A stretch of 64,000 nucleotides of DNA from Octopus sinensis. Lineage: Eukaryota. Both the position numbers and the translations under genes were made by a program. Position 1 is the first letter of the stretch. Every line of letters begins with the position of its first letter. The notes beneath the pieces were generated by a model, which was not told where the DNA came from, made no database searches, and saw nothing but the letters and a program-made list of their open reading frames with translations. The stretch spans positions 124,062,001 to 124,126,000 of the forward strand of contig NC_042999.1 of assembly GCF_006345805.1 (NCBI RefSeq), written 5' to 3'. This document shows positions 13,941-27,230 of the stretch, one piece after another.

Positions 13941-14889
13941 ATTACATCAGACAGAATAGTCTCAATGCTAAAGGTTTAACAACACAAAACATAATCGTTC
14001 TCTTTTTTCCTATCTATATCTTTACCCCATCATTTTTCTTCGGTGTTTATTTTGTCTTATATCAAATAAGAGGTGTTATATGTCATTTTCAGTCTGTCAT
14101 GCCTTAACAGCTTTACAGGGATGCTTGAATTGATTAGATAAATAAATAAAATACAGATGTACTGGATTCTGAAAGGCAGAAAACTTATGTTTGATATCAT
14201 AAAATGGAAGAATGCAGAGTCAGTTATAAGAAACATCATTTGATAAGGCAAAGATGATATTAGAGCTAATCATATTCTTCAAGCTTAAATAAAACTACTT
14301 GGTATGGTTTTGTTTATTTTTAAAACATGCTAAAAATTACTTAACTGAACGCTACACTGAAATGTTGTGTAGTATATAGCTTAATGCTTTTTCTTTCATT
14401 CCAGGTTCATATCCTGATGTAATCAGCTTGTTTTCTTCCTCTCGTGGCCAATAAAATACAGAACTTTACTGAATGTATTGGGATTGAAAATTTGGTTCGA
14501 CTATCATCATCATCATCATCGATATCATCAACTTCATCATCGTCATCATTAACTTTGTCCTCATCATCATCATCATTATCCCCACACTACCATCACTTTC
14601 ATCATCATTTTAATGTCTATTTTTCCATGCCTGCATGAATTGGATGGAATTTGTTGAGACAGTTTTTCTACAGCAGAAAGCCTTTCCCGACACTAACTCT
14701 CACCTGTTACAAAGTAAGGTAATATTTCTCCATGAGCAGACATGTTTGCACAGACAACTGGAAAAAAAAGGACACAACTGGCATTATGGCAACAGTTGTT
14801 TACAACTATCATACAATGGATAAGGTAAGAAGACAGTAACACATATACACACATATGCATATATACATAAATATATATGTGTGTTTGTA

Positions 14890-14922
<33 letters not shown>

Positions 14923-14930
14923 ATATATGT

Positions 14931-17445
14931 TTAAGGTGCGATGGGTAAAGTGTCATTATTTTAAATTTTTAATTTTGTGCATGCACATTCTTTGTTTTTA
15001 TTTTGTTGACTACACAGTATAGTAGGGTCAGTTGGGCACCATCTGTGAGAAAAACAGTACCATGATGCAATTTACTCTGCCAGAAATTTGGAAATGACAT
15101 GCTGTTATGCTTGGCATACGAATATTTCAGAGTACTTGGGTGTCAATCTGAATACAGCGCAGAGGATTCAAAAAGAGTTGGATGAATCTAATGGTGATTA
15201 CAAAGGTACTGCAGCTTGGAAAACTCACTTTGATCAGTCTGATAAGAAAAGAACTCCTGAATTTGTTGGTGAGATCCAGGTCGTGATTGACAATAATCCC
15301 TCCAAATCAATCAGGTCCATTGCCAGGGACATGGGAGTGTGTGAGTTTCTTATCAGGCAGGTAGTGCATGAAGACATTTAGTATTCCTCATAGAAAATGA
15401 GAAAGGGCCAATTTTTATCCCAAGTGTTAGGAAATTATAAATTATATAATGTTAAATTAAATAGGTAAACAGTTTTTCATGCTGCACTATAAGGTAAGGG
15501 TGAAATCCATTGTCAAAATGAAGGAAGCTAGGTGTTATTAGCCCAAACTGTGAAACTATAACAAATTGGCTAGACCCTGGCAAACCTTTATAAGCAGAGA
15601 TAATTTCACCCGCCTAGTTTTGTGACAGTTTTTTTCTGTGAGACAAAGTTGTTCAATTGGATTGTGGAAGCTATGATTGCCTGTTTATTTTATGCACTTT
15701 GTGCTAGGCTTTTATGGATTTATTTTATGCTCCAGGAATTCGCCAGAACTTTTGTCAGATTTAAAATAATTTCTGTGTCACATCTGGGTGAGTACAAAAA
15801 ATCTCTTAAGTTATGTTATAATATTTATGTGAATTTTCAACCCTGCATTTGTGGCAAGTTGTGTAGTAATTTTGCTAGCTATTTTCTGTTAAGATAAATG
15901 TTAAAATTTGTATAAATAGCCAATGGGTGTATGAATTTAAATTTTTCATGTAGCCAATTTCTGTATTAAACAACTAACTGAAAATTTTTATCTAATGCTT
16001 ATTCAGCATGCTTGTATGAAGCCATTTTGTGTGAATTTAAAGCAAACTAGCTTTTTATTTGACTATTTAATTTTTTAACTATAATTATTGGTGTTGTTTG
16101 GCAGCAATTTTGTGTCATGAAGTTTAAATGGTTGCTTTGACATAAGATCTAATTATGTTTAGATCCAAGGTTCAAAACCTAAGGTTGAACACCAAATTGA
16201 TAGAAGATAGATTCCATTGGTGAAGACAGATTTTATGACATTCCAAGGTTCAAAATCCACTGTTCGAATTCCACTGTTTGAAATCTATTGTTCAAAATCT
16301 GAGGTTCGAGAACCAAATTTGTACTAAAATGGAAATCCAGATTTTATGAAATCCAAATTTTTGGAAGACATATTTTTGAAAAGCCAAATTTATGAGGCCA
16401 AGTTATGTGTGAAGCCAATTTTAGTGAAACCAAAAACCAGGATTCAGAGTCAGAATTCTAAATTGTATATATGTTACCTCTGTAAATGTTTTGACTGCAC
16501 ACCTTGTGTAGCATTTGCTTTTTGTTCATCTATATATTCGGTTGTATGTAAACTGTTTTTTTATGCTGAGTATTGCTAATAATATTTTAGAAAAATTCCA
16601 TGGTGTGTTGTTGTTTTGGGTCACCCTATCCTCATTGATTCTGAAAATTTGGGTTATGGCCACCAGGTCATAACACAAGCCATCAAAGACAAGTGGAAAG
16701 ACTGCACTATGAAGCTTTTGAATGAATTCAAGCATCCCCTTCAATCAAATATACTTTGGTTTTTCTCAGATGAGAAAAATTTCTGCCAGGATCAGATGGT
16801 GAACACACAGAACAACCAATGGCTTGCTGTGTCCACCAAAACAAGCACCAAGAGGGATAAAAATTAAACATTCAGTCAACATCATGGTGTTCGGAGTGAT
16901 CACTAGTGATGGCAATGTTATGCCTCCATTCTTCCCACACGACCTCAGAAAACACAGAGGCCTACATCAAGTGCCTGGAGGAGGTAGTGCAGCCCTTGGT
17001 CAAGAGGGCGGCTGCTGGAAGACCCTATGTCTGGCAACAGGACTGTGCATCATGCCGCACAAACAGGAAAACCCAGTCATGGCTGTCAGATCCAATCATG
17101 TCTGTGACTACACCGCCCCTAACATCTGGCCACCTAACTCCCCAGACTGCAACCTCCTTGATTATTATGTGTGGGGTCAGTTGAGCAAGAGACCAACAGA
17201 ACTCCTTGTAACACCAAAGATGAACTGAAGGCAAGGATTATGGCAGCATTCACCAACTTAAACAAGGAAATCATCCAGAAGAGTAGCAGGAGATTCTCAA
17301 GTCGTCTGAAGGCTATGGTTAAAGCCAATGTCGATTTTATTGAATAAATGTATTCCTTATTATTTCAAGATATTTTTACGTACATTTGATAGAGATATCT
17401 GTTAAAATGAAATGTCAGTGTTATTTTCATTTTTGCATAATTTAG
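14931..17445 (+). mobile_element. maT/mori-type (DD37D) Tc1-mariner transposon, pseudogenised, split by a solo LTR
   Basis: Transposase ~15062-17347: KSIRSIARDMGV HTH, FSDEKNF, KHSVNIMVFG, YVWQQD, WPPNSPDCNLLDY, C-terminal MVKANVDFIE*; stops and frameshifts; TIR-like left end. Confidence 0.9.
15425..16675. mobile_element. Solo LTR (TG...CA, 4-bp TSD; Ty3/Gypsy-like)
   Basis: Begins TGTTA and ends TAACA; CAAG on both sides (15421-24, 16676-79); removing it restores the transposase frame QFLSQ|AIKD. Confidence 0.85.
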
Positions 17446-19194
17446 AATATATATATCTGATGGGCTTCTTTCAGTTTCCATATGTCAAATCTAATCACAG
17501 AACTTTGATCAGCTGGAGATATAATAAAGACACTTGTTGAAGGTGCCACACAATGGGACTAAACCAAATCTATGTTATTGAGAAGTAAGTCTCTGAACCA
17601 CTCAGCCATGTTTGCATTGAATTATCATTTCTGATAAATAATGTTACTTCTAAGTAATAAATTGTTATTGTAATTTCATTCAGTTGTCATTTCATTGTCC
17701 ATCTTCATTATAAAGTGGATATCCAAAAGAGTTTAATGCATTTATGAAAAGCTCAGCCAGGATTTCTCAATTAAGTTGGTCATCATGGCATCTTGGAGTA
17801 CTACTGATAGTATTAGAAGAACTAAGGAATAAGCAGATATACAACACTAATCCATAGGTGATTTGTAAAATCCAATTAAAAAACAAAAAACTTTTTAAGC
17901 TTTTTGAAAATTATTTTAAAGCTGCAATGCATTAAAGTTAATACAACTTGGGAAGATGAAGTGTAATTCTTTACAACAGTTATGAAAATCTCTGAGCTAT
18001 GGAAATTAGAGAGAAGAGAATTACATCCATACTTAAATATGACTATGTTTATATCTAAGAAATAATTGATAATGCATACATGACTATAGAGGGAAGTAGG
18101 AGATGTCATATTATTCTTTGCAGTTGATGCTATTGTTATTAGTCTTGCAATCAGACACCGCAAGTATACAAACATTCAATGAACTAATGAAATCTGATTG
18201 AACAACCAACACGATTTCATTCAGCAGCCTACACTTTTTGTTCTTCTCACCTCCAGCTGGCTCTCCTTCAGATAGAATTATTTCCTTTAGCTGGCACCAT
18301 ATTCACTTGCCAATTCTATCTACTAGATAAATTTACAATACTTTATAACACAAGAGCTACTCTAAACTTTTCAACCATTAAAGCACATGAAAGTCTTCAT
18401 CAGAAACATAAAGTAGCTTCTGGCTATGATAACAGCTGTATCTAATAAATCTCAAGTAACAGTCAATCAGTCTCGTTGTTTTAGTGCAGAATTATTTATA
18501 TACAACTTTAGCATATTCCACCCATACTGCACACAAAGACACACATGAAAACACAAGCACAAATGCTCACGCATATACAAGAACACATACACACACATCC
18601 AGATGTATAACTAAATTAAGATACAAAGGTACAGAAAAATACTTAACATATTAACTAATAAATATATATCCGGTTTATCAGTTTACACATGTTTACTACC
18701 CATATAGCCATTTGTATATAACAGTGATCAATATACCAGAATAACATTACTAGATGCTTAATAAAATAAAATATTTTGTACACTTAACTGACAATATTAC
18801 AATAATTACAAATAATATCCAATATGTGCATGAAATGAAACTATACATGAACACACACACATGTATAAGTAGATGGATGTGTGAATGTATGTATGTATGT
18901 ATGTATGTATGTATGTATGTATGTATGTATGTATGTATGTATGTATGTATGTATGTATGTATGAATGTATGTATGTATGTATGTATGCTGTAAGCATATG
19001 TGTATGCTGATAGGTAGTTTAGTAAGGCAACTCACAATAAAGTAACCACATTTTTAGTGAGTGTCAATATGTTTTATTAAAACAGTGAGTCCAATAAAAA
19101 AGAGTTTGTTTTTGACACAAAATAACTTTTGTTAGACTCTATTTTTAATGATGATAACATTAACAACACTAACAACAACAACACAACATTCAAA

Positions 19195-19410
19195 GATATA
19201 TATATATATATATACACATACATACATACAAATATATATATATATATACACATATATATATATATACACATACATACATACAATGTATATATATATATTA
19301 TATATATATACACATACATACATACAAATGTATATATATATATTATATATATACACATACATACAAATGTATATATATATATATATATATATACACATAC
19401 ATACATACAA

Positions 19411-19442
<32 letters not shown>
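19195..19442. repeat. Higher-order compound microsatellite (~40-bp unit (TA)n-CACATACATACAAATG, about 5 copies)
   Basis: Repeating unit is visible directly. Confidence 0.8.
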
Positions 19443-19907
19443 AACATTATCATTATTGGCATTGTACATCTGTTGTTGCAAGGTGATATGTGTTTAGATA
19501 GGTCATACATTTCTTCACTTATCATGGTCTTTCATAATTTGACACGCACACCACCAACAAAGAAAAACAACCAAGCTTTCTTATCATGTATACTATGTTC
19601 TTTCTTTTTTTTTTGCTGCTTTTTGGGCCTCTTTGGTGTGCTTTTTAGGAGTGGATGACCTTCTTGTCTCCAACCATCGTACAGCATTGACTTGGCACAC
19701 TGGCACAAGAGAGGTTGTCTGCACAAGAGCTAAGGACTTAGTGTTTATTCAGAGTTACTACACTCTTGGACAGGTTGCCTACACTGTAGCTTGCAGAATC
19801 CTTGTATATATTTGTTTGTGTAGAAAGGAAAAGATGATTCAAGGAAGGAACAGCTGCTATTGAATCAATATCAAATCCAAATTTCAAAGTTAATGATCAA
19901 ATTCCTT

Positions 19908-20296
19908 ATCTTTTATTTTCTTCAGTCATGAGACTGTGGTCATGCTGGGGCAATGCCTTTAAGAATTTTTAGTCAAATGAAACAACCCCAGTACTTAATT
20001 ATGTTAAGCCTGATACTTATTCTATCAGTCTTTTTTGTCAAATAGCTAAGTTACATGGATGCAAACACACCAACATTGGTTGTCAAATGGTTAGGTGGGG
20101 TCAAACACTGACACACACACACACACACATACACATATATATGACAGGTTTCTTTCAGTTACCATCTGCCAAAAACCACTCACTTGGCCTGAAACTATAG
20201 TAAAAGATACTTGCTTAGGGTGCTACACAGAGGAACTGAACCCAGAACCATGTGGTTGAGAAGCAAACTTCTTACCACACAGCCACACCTGTGCCT
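19908..20296 (-). mobile_element. SINE family A, near full length
   Basis: Reverse-complement homolog of 4279-4814. Confidence 0.85.
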
Positions 20297-20916
20297 GCAC
20301 CTATATAACTATTTTACAAGTAGTTCTCTGTTAACTGTCTTAGCTTTCATGATATCTTAAGGAAGCATCGTTTTTTGATGAATTCCTATTGTGTGTGTGT
20401 ATGTGAGAGTGGAAAGAAAGAAACAAAGAAAAATTAAAGACAGAAAATCAGAAGTGCAGAAAGAGACAACACAGAAGCAGGGGAAGATGGGTCCTATAAC
20501 CAATTAATTTTCAAGAAAACTGGAGTAGAGTTTGATTTCTTGTAGCATGTGACAAAGCCAATCCCTTTCAAAGCTATATTAATTGAAATATATATATATA
20601 TATTCAGGTCTGCCAGATAAATAACAACTCTTGTCAATTAAAAGAGGCACAGCATCAAGATCTGATATTCTCTGTGAAGTCTGCATATATTTTATCAGAC
20701 AGGGCTATTGAAAGTTAATTTTCTTGGATATAAATACATTAGCATGCTGGTGATTGGGAATACAAACAGCTAAGCTGTCAGTTGTTTGTTCAGTATCATA
20801 TCAATTCAATCAACTTCATTTCATGTGTGTGTGTGTGCATGTGTATGTGTGTGTGTGTGTATGTGTATGATATATACATACATACCTACATATATCAATA
20901 CATACATATATATAAT

Positions 20917-21019
<103 letters not shown>

Positions 21020-21029
21020 GGATTTGGAC

Positions 21030-21935
21030 AAAACAAAACATCTTATTAATATGGAGTTGGTCTAACTTTGGCATCAATTAGACCTTTAATACAGTGAGGA
21101 ATTGACTTGTACAGATTCTGAAAGGTTGTTAGGGAAATTTCAAGCCATACTTCCAGTAAAACCTGCTTTAGCTCTTTGAGCTACATGAGTGTGGCGGGGT
21201 GGGGTGGGTGAGCTCCATAACTGCTGTACCAAAATGCACTGTAAATGCTCAGTTATATTGAAATTCAGTAATCTAAGTGGTTTATTTCACTTTTGTGCTC
21301 TTTGTACCAATTTTGAACAACATTAGCCATGTGATTTAGTGCATTATCATTCTAGAATATTGCATTATTCCATCAGAAAACAAACAATATCTGTACCATA
21401 TGAGAGCCATGATCTGCCAAAATACTCTGATAATCCTTGGCATTGACTCTGCCATATAGAACAACTGAAAGTCCAAGAGAATCCCATGATACAGCTGCCC
21501 AAATCATCACAGAGCAACTTTTATGCTTCATGATAAGATCTAAAGAGTTAGTATTAAAGGCTTCTTTCAGCTGCCTCCAGGAATATAGTTTCTCTAAAGT
21601 GGGAAAATGTGTGAATAATGATTAATCAGAAATGATTACATTCTTCCATTGAGTCATTAATCCCTTCTGATATTCTAGACAACATAGTTATCACTTATTA
21701 GTATTAGTGTGAGATAGAAGTGGTTCAGTAATTGCAGCCATCACATAGTATCCAGCTTTATAAAGCCCATAGTGAACAGTTTCAGATGATACAGGGTTGG
21801 CAAGGTAGAGGTTTAGCTCTACTCTCACTTCTGTTGCTATACTTCAATGGTTTTTAAGCACAAAACATTTCACTATTCTACTGCCTCACTTTCAGTAAGA
21901 TTTGCCATCCATTCAAAGTTATACCTGCCAGACCA
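21030..21935 (-). pseudogene. Decayed Tc1 (DD34E-type) transposase
   Basis: Minus reads WKNVIISD*S...WRQLKEAFN..MKHKSCSVMIWAAVSW..GRVNAKDYQSILADH...F*NDNALNH..VVQNWYKEH...NITEHL, the catalytic motifs with many lesions. Confidence 0.85.
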
Positions 21936-22569
21936 GGTTTTACCTTGGCTATGGATTGCCCTCTTGATTTAAGAGGCTTTACTGCTCAAAATATTGCCCT
22001 AGTATTGCCACAGTCTAATGACTGAAACAAGTAAAAGATAAAAGATAATTTAGCAGTTTTAGTGACTGAAGATCCAACCATCCATGCTCCAATAATATTG
22101 TGTATTCGTTTCTTTTTGCATCCATTACTCATTATTGATTTTCTATAAAAATGAAGCTATATCCCTTAATTTGCCACTTTTCTATACAGAAACTGAGAAG
22201 ATATCTTGCAGAACAGTTGTTACTTTAAAGAGATATATCTTGTAATCATCTGAAGAGACACATCTACACCAACAGATACTCTTAAATCAGTTGTTAAGTA
22301 TCCCACCTATCAAGGATCAATACTAGATGGATCAAAATAATTGTAGTGATTAAAAAACATCCTCAGATCTTCCATCTTTCATCTCTGTCATTAATCAAAT
22401 ACCCAACTAATAATGAAAGTAAATGTGCTTTACTGGTAAGCTACCGGGTGTATACCATACAATTTCAAATCCACAGAAGGATCCCTGGAGATAGTTAGTG
22501 AGATGATCTAATTAGAGATGGAAGCAAATATACTGAAAATATACTTGCTAGAGTAAGAACAGGCTGAAG

Positions 22570-23045
22570 AAATTTTAGAGGGGTTTTACTTCTACTGGTA
22601 ACAAAAAAGTAGCAAGAAATTAGAGAAAAAAGGTAGATTGTATGTTGTTTGTGTATCAACAGCATTGCTACATGATAGTGAGATGTAATCCCTGAACACA
22701 GAGGAGTGAAGACTAGAAAGATATGAAGCTAGCCTGTTCCAGTGGATGTGCAGCATCAGAGTACATGAATGAAAAAGTACAAATACTTTGAGAGAAAAAT
22801 TTGCAACAAGTGGAATCAGATTTAGTGAGCAAGACAGAAGACTGTGCTGGTATGATGCATATGGATGATGACAGCTATATAATAAAGTGTCAATCACTTA
22901 ATGTGGATGAAGTTTGTGGAGAGAGGAGACCCAAATAGACATAACTCGAAATGGTGAAGGCTGATCTCAGGACTTTCAGCCTCACAGAGATGATAAAGGA
23001 TTGAGATGGTTGGCATCATGCAGTGCTCAACAAGACCTATCATCT
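22570..23045 (+). pseudogene. RTE LINE ORF2 C-terminal remnant
   Basis: GRLYVVCVSTALLHDSE..RLERYEASLFQWMC..LREKF..RRLCWY..RRPK*T*..VKADL, the RTE C-terminal motif order. Confidence 0.8.
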
Positions 23046-23923
23046 CGAAGGAACTGAAGCTTTGGAAACATAATTTATAAATAGAACACTGAGTCCCTTA
23101 TCCAATTTGCTTGTCATGCCCTCCCAACCACCCCCACATTTCTCCATCCCATACTCACTTAACTACTGCAGTATTCTACTGTTGTAATTAAATGAAAGCA
23201 GAACTATATATTTCATCATCATTTTCCATGCTACTACACTAACTCACTTCACTTGGCATCCATCCTTCATTCATAACATTGTCCCTCTCCACTCACATTT
23301 TATATTGATCACCCTTCTGAACCACCAATTATCTCTATCACTGCCTTGAACAACTTTCTGTTAACTCTCCCCTATCACCCTACCAACACACCAATTCTCT
23401 CTTACCTCACACATTCTTGCAACGTAGTCACCCACACATCATCTCCCTTTTTTTCATCTTTCTCCCATCCACTATATCATTGCTATTTTGCTTCTTTTCA
23501 CCCATGTCTTTACTGTCAGTCATCACCTACTTTCTCCAACCCATACTTATCATCAACCTTTCTCCATTCTTGTTCAACATTAATTATATTGACTCCCACC
23601 CCAACCCTATTTCTCTTTCTCCCTATACACTCATGCAGCAACTTTCAACCTACCACTCCTGATCTCTGCCCATCATCAGCATCTTTATCTCTCTGCCCAG
23701 CTCTACCTTAATTAATTGCAACCATTCTTAGATAATGCAAGGCAATCATGTATCTGTTCTGGCCACTTCTTTCAGACTTTGAAATCTCAAAACCAAGCAT
23801 AAAAATTCTTCTTTCTCTACTATGCTCTCATTCAGTCAAGGGTGATCTAAGTCTTCCAAGCTATATAGTGATCTTACTTGTGCAGGTGCTATGAAATAAT
23901 CGTCAATTATTGAAGATATATAC

Positions 23924-23969
<46 letters not shown>

Positions 23970-24222
23970 AGATGTCTACAGAGTTCTCAAAGGTCAGGAA
24001 AAAAGAGCACACACACTCATATATTAGATAATAAAGTGGATGTATTATTTATACAGAATTATAAATTTAGTCTCATGACAGCCAATTTGTGTTACTGAAC
24101 AGTTATGTTGGTAGAATTTTTTTTGTACAAAACTGTTTGGCAACACAAATTGGCTGTTATGGGAATAAATTTATAATATTGTATAAATAATAATAATTAT
24201 AATGATATATGTATATATATAT

Positions 24223-24265
<43 letters not shown>

Positions 24266-24387
24266 TATATATACATACACACACATATATTCATATGTTT
24301 GCATGCATACACAAACACACACACATACACACAACACACATACATGTATATATAAATATACAAACAGATAGATAGATAGATAGATAG

Positions 24388-24426
<39 letters not shown>

Positions 24427-24429
24427 GTG

Positions 24430-24842
24430 TTAACCTGTTGGCAAATATTCTGTTTCTTACACGCCTGAATAAACCCTTTGTAATTGATGTCCTTCCTGAA
24501 TTTCTCTACGGTTTCTATTCTGGCAGGGAAACAATGGATATGATTTTCACAGCAAGTCATATGCAGAAGAAGTGCCATGAGCAAAACAGGGATCTCGTCC
24601 AGGTTCTCATTGATCTCTCAAAACCTTTCAATACTGTAAATAGGGCATCTCTTTTAAAAATACTTTGTAAACTAGGCTGTATAAATCAATTTGTATCTAT
24701 AATTAAATAGTAGCAAGCATGGCTCAGTGGTTAGGAAGTTATTTCCCAACCATGGCGTCTCAGGTTCAGTCTCACTATATGGCACTTTAAGACAAGTAGA
24801 AATTTCTTTGATGGAAACTGAAAAAAGCCAGTCACATGTATA

Positions 24843-24873
<31 letters not shown>

Positions 24874-25600
24874 TGTGTATGTGTGTGTGTGTGTGTGCAT
24901 CTCTCTCTCCTCCTCTCTCTCTCTCTCCCCTTGTTTTGAGTTCATGAACATCAGCATCAGACAAGCTATGCTGCTCATTTCCAGTCTTCTATGGAAAACA
25001 TGCCTGGGTCATGGAAAATATTACCTTGCTTGGAAACAGATGAGAGTTGGCAACAGGAAGTGCATCCAGCCATAAAGAAATCTACATCTACAAATTTTTT
25101 CAAAAACATTCAAGCATGAAAAAGTGGATGATGATGATGATGATGATGACAAATTATACTACTCCATGATGAAATGGAAACAGGTGGTAATGTAAGCAGA
25201 AACATGGTAGAATTCATACCTGTAGAAAATGGGAGTCAAACAGGGTGACATTCTCTTCCCTTTGTACTGTATTGTTGTTCTTGTTTATGCTTTTACCATC
25301 AAAAGCTCTTCAGAGACATATATATGTAAGACACCAATCCTTCAGTTATATCTTTTCTAATCACTATGTTTTGTTACAATTGCAGAAGTCTTTCAACATC
25401 CTTATTCACAGTTTTCTAAAAGCAGATGTGTGCAACTTAGTTTTGTATGGGACTGAAGACATATAAATTTCAATGGATAGTATTTCTGCAGTTTATAAGG
25501 TGTTGGGGCTTACTAATAACCAGGAAACTCATACATGAAATTATCTTACATGAAGAAAGCAAAGTGAAAGTAGTAAACAAGTTTGTTCATCCAAACAGCA
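24430..25600 (+). pseudogene. RTE-BovB-like reverse transcriptase remnant interrupted by a SINE
   Basis: LPEFLYGFYSGRETMDMIF...EQNRDL..IDLSKPFNTVNR..KLGC (ORF 24438-24710); resumes after 25150 as LLHDEM..VENG-VKQGD, then ADVCNL..TED..MDS..GL and KVVNKFVHPNS. Confidence 0.85.
24711..25150 (+). mobile_element. Chimeric SINE: family-A-like tRNA head plus RTE-type (E) tail
   Basis: Head GCATGGCTCAGTGGTTAGG..GGTTCAGTCTC, internal (TG)n, 3' GTTGGCAACAGGAAGTGCATCCAGC..AGCATGAAAAAGTGGA(TGA)n. Confidence 0.7.
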
Positions 25601-25941
25601 TACAAGGTCGTATCAAAAAGTTCCAGAAATAACTTACGTACCAAAGCTTTAACATTATTTCCTTCAAAACAGTCACCTTGCACAGGAATACACCAGTCCC
25701 AGCGTTCCTGCCACTTTTGAAATCCAACCTGGAAGTCATTTTCTGTAAGTGAGTTGAGGACCTTCTGCAATTCACTCTGAATCTCAACAACAGCGACCTT
25801 TGTGCTGCATTTTCATTTTGGGGAAGAGATGGAAAGTCTGCAGGTGCTAAATCTGGTGAACAGAGCAGGCGCAGAAGCAACACCATGTTGTTTTTAGTGA
25901 GAAACTCATGAATGAACAGAGTTCAGTGATAGGGTGCATTT
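25601..25941 (-). mobile_element. mariner transposon 3' part with TIR
   Basis: Minus NAPYH..EFLTKN..SPDLAPADF..FQKWQERWDWCIPVQGDCFEG; terminus TACAAGGTCGTATCAAAAAGTTCC. Confidence 0.85.
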
Positions 25942-26229
25942 TATACCACCTCGAATTCCACTGTTCTAACTCTTTACCGGGCAAAATATTTTTAATGTTT
26001 CACTAAGTGACTGACCCTTGTAGAGCTTCTGAGCTTCATGTCTGAACCTACTATGGCATCATGAGTTTGACAAAAGCTGCTGCGTATTATGTGTATGTAT
26101 TTACTTCCCTGCTCCACTTATGTGAGACATGGGCTCTTGAATGCCCCTAAGTGACAGGGATGTAAACATACCCACACTGGTTATCAAGTTGTAGAGGGAG
26201 ACAAACACAGACACTAAGACATGCACAGG

Positions 26230-26630
26230 TGTAAGCTCGTTTAAGGGATAACATCCAGGTACTTTGGTTGCCTCGTTCATCCTTGGGAAGGTCTGAGACA
26301 AAGGCTGTATTAATAACGTCCCAGCCAGACGTCCCTGTGAGAGGGGAGTGGTTCACCAGACACAACGGTTTCCTCATGCTAACATGTTTAATCGTCAAAT
26401 GACAGCCACGTTGTGGTTGGATGACCTCTGTGTTAGCTTGTTGGTTGAAAGTGGTCCATGGCCAGCGCGTAGAGCAGCTTGATAAACGAGGTGGGTGCAG
26501 AGTTCGATTCTTCGTTCCAGTCCCATAACTCAGTTCAGACTATTCTTCATCTGAGCCCTTTTTTAAAAAATGGTGGTGCCCCAGCATGGCCACAGCTCAT
26601 TAGCTGAAACTGGAAAAATCAAAAATCAAT
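26230..26630 (+). mobile_element. Probable 3' end of a non-LTR retroelement sharing the SINE-A tail
   Basis: CpG-richer ~400 bp ending GGTGCCCCAGCATGGCCACAG..TGAAAC plus (AAAATC)2. Confidence 0.5.
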
Positions 26631-26814
26631 AGATATATATATGACGGACATCATGCCATTTCCACCTGATAAATCCACTCATAAGGTCAGCCTGAGGCTA
26701 TAGTAGAAGACACTTACCCAAGATACCATGCAGTGGGACTGAATGTGGAACAGTGTGGTGGGGAAGCAAATTTCTTACCACACATCCAAACTTTGTCTAT
26801 ATATATATATATTC

Positions 26815-26962
26815 GTTGGCGTTAAGAAGGGCATCCAGCCGTAGAAACATTGCCAGATCAAACTGGGCCTGGTGCAGCCTTCTGGCTTCCCAGACCCCAG
26901 TTGAACTGTTCAATCCATGCTAGCATGGAAAGCGGATGCTAAACGATGATGATGATGATGAG
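26815..26962 (+). mobile_element. RTE-type 3' tail (E) stub
   Basis: GTTGGCGTTAAGAAGGGCATCCAGC...AGCATGGAAAGCGGATGCTAAACGATGATG; further copies near 29890, 32717, 33570, 35560 and 61915. Confidence 0.8.
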
Positions 26963-26989
26963 GATATATATATATATATACATGTATAC

Positions 26990-27230
26990 TGTCTTGGTAA
27001 CATCTGAACCACTCATGCACTTGAGTGCAGCTCGTACATTCCTCTCCATACACTTTCTGCAACTTTGTGTAGGCCTCTGAGCAGGTATCAGCAAGCCAAC
27101 TTTCTCTTTCATGGACAATGTGATGATCACAGCAACGTTCAAAGTCAATTATTGCCCAGTGGCTTCACTCTGCATGCTTTAGCTATGTTACTAAGGCAAC
27201 AGTCCGGATACTTATTGATCAGACCTCGTA
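26990..27230 (-). mobile_element. mariner transposon 5' part with TIR
   Basis: Minus starts TACGAGGTCTGATCAATAAGTATCCGG; reads DTCSEAYTKLQKVYGEECTSCTQVHEWFR (mariner HTH). Confidence 0.8.

Larger units (their letters stand above)
12016..13979. mobile_element. piggyBac-type MITE interrupted by nested insertions
   Basis: 12016-12193 and 13941-13979 together rebuild the 5043-5269 MITE, with TTAA at both outer ends. Confidence 0.7.
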
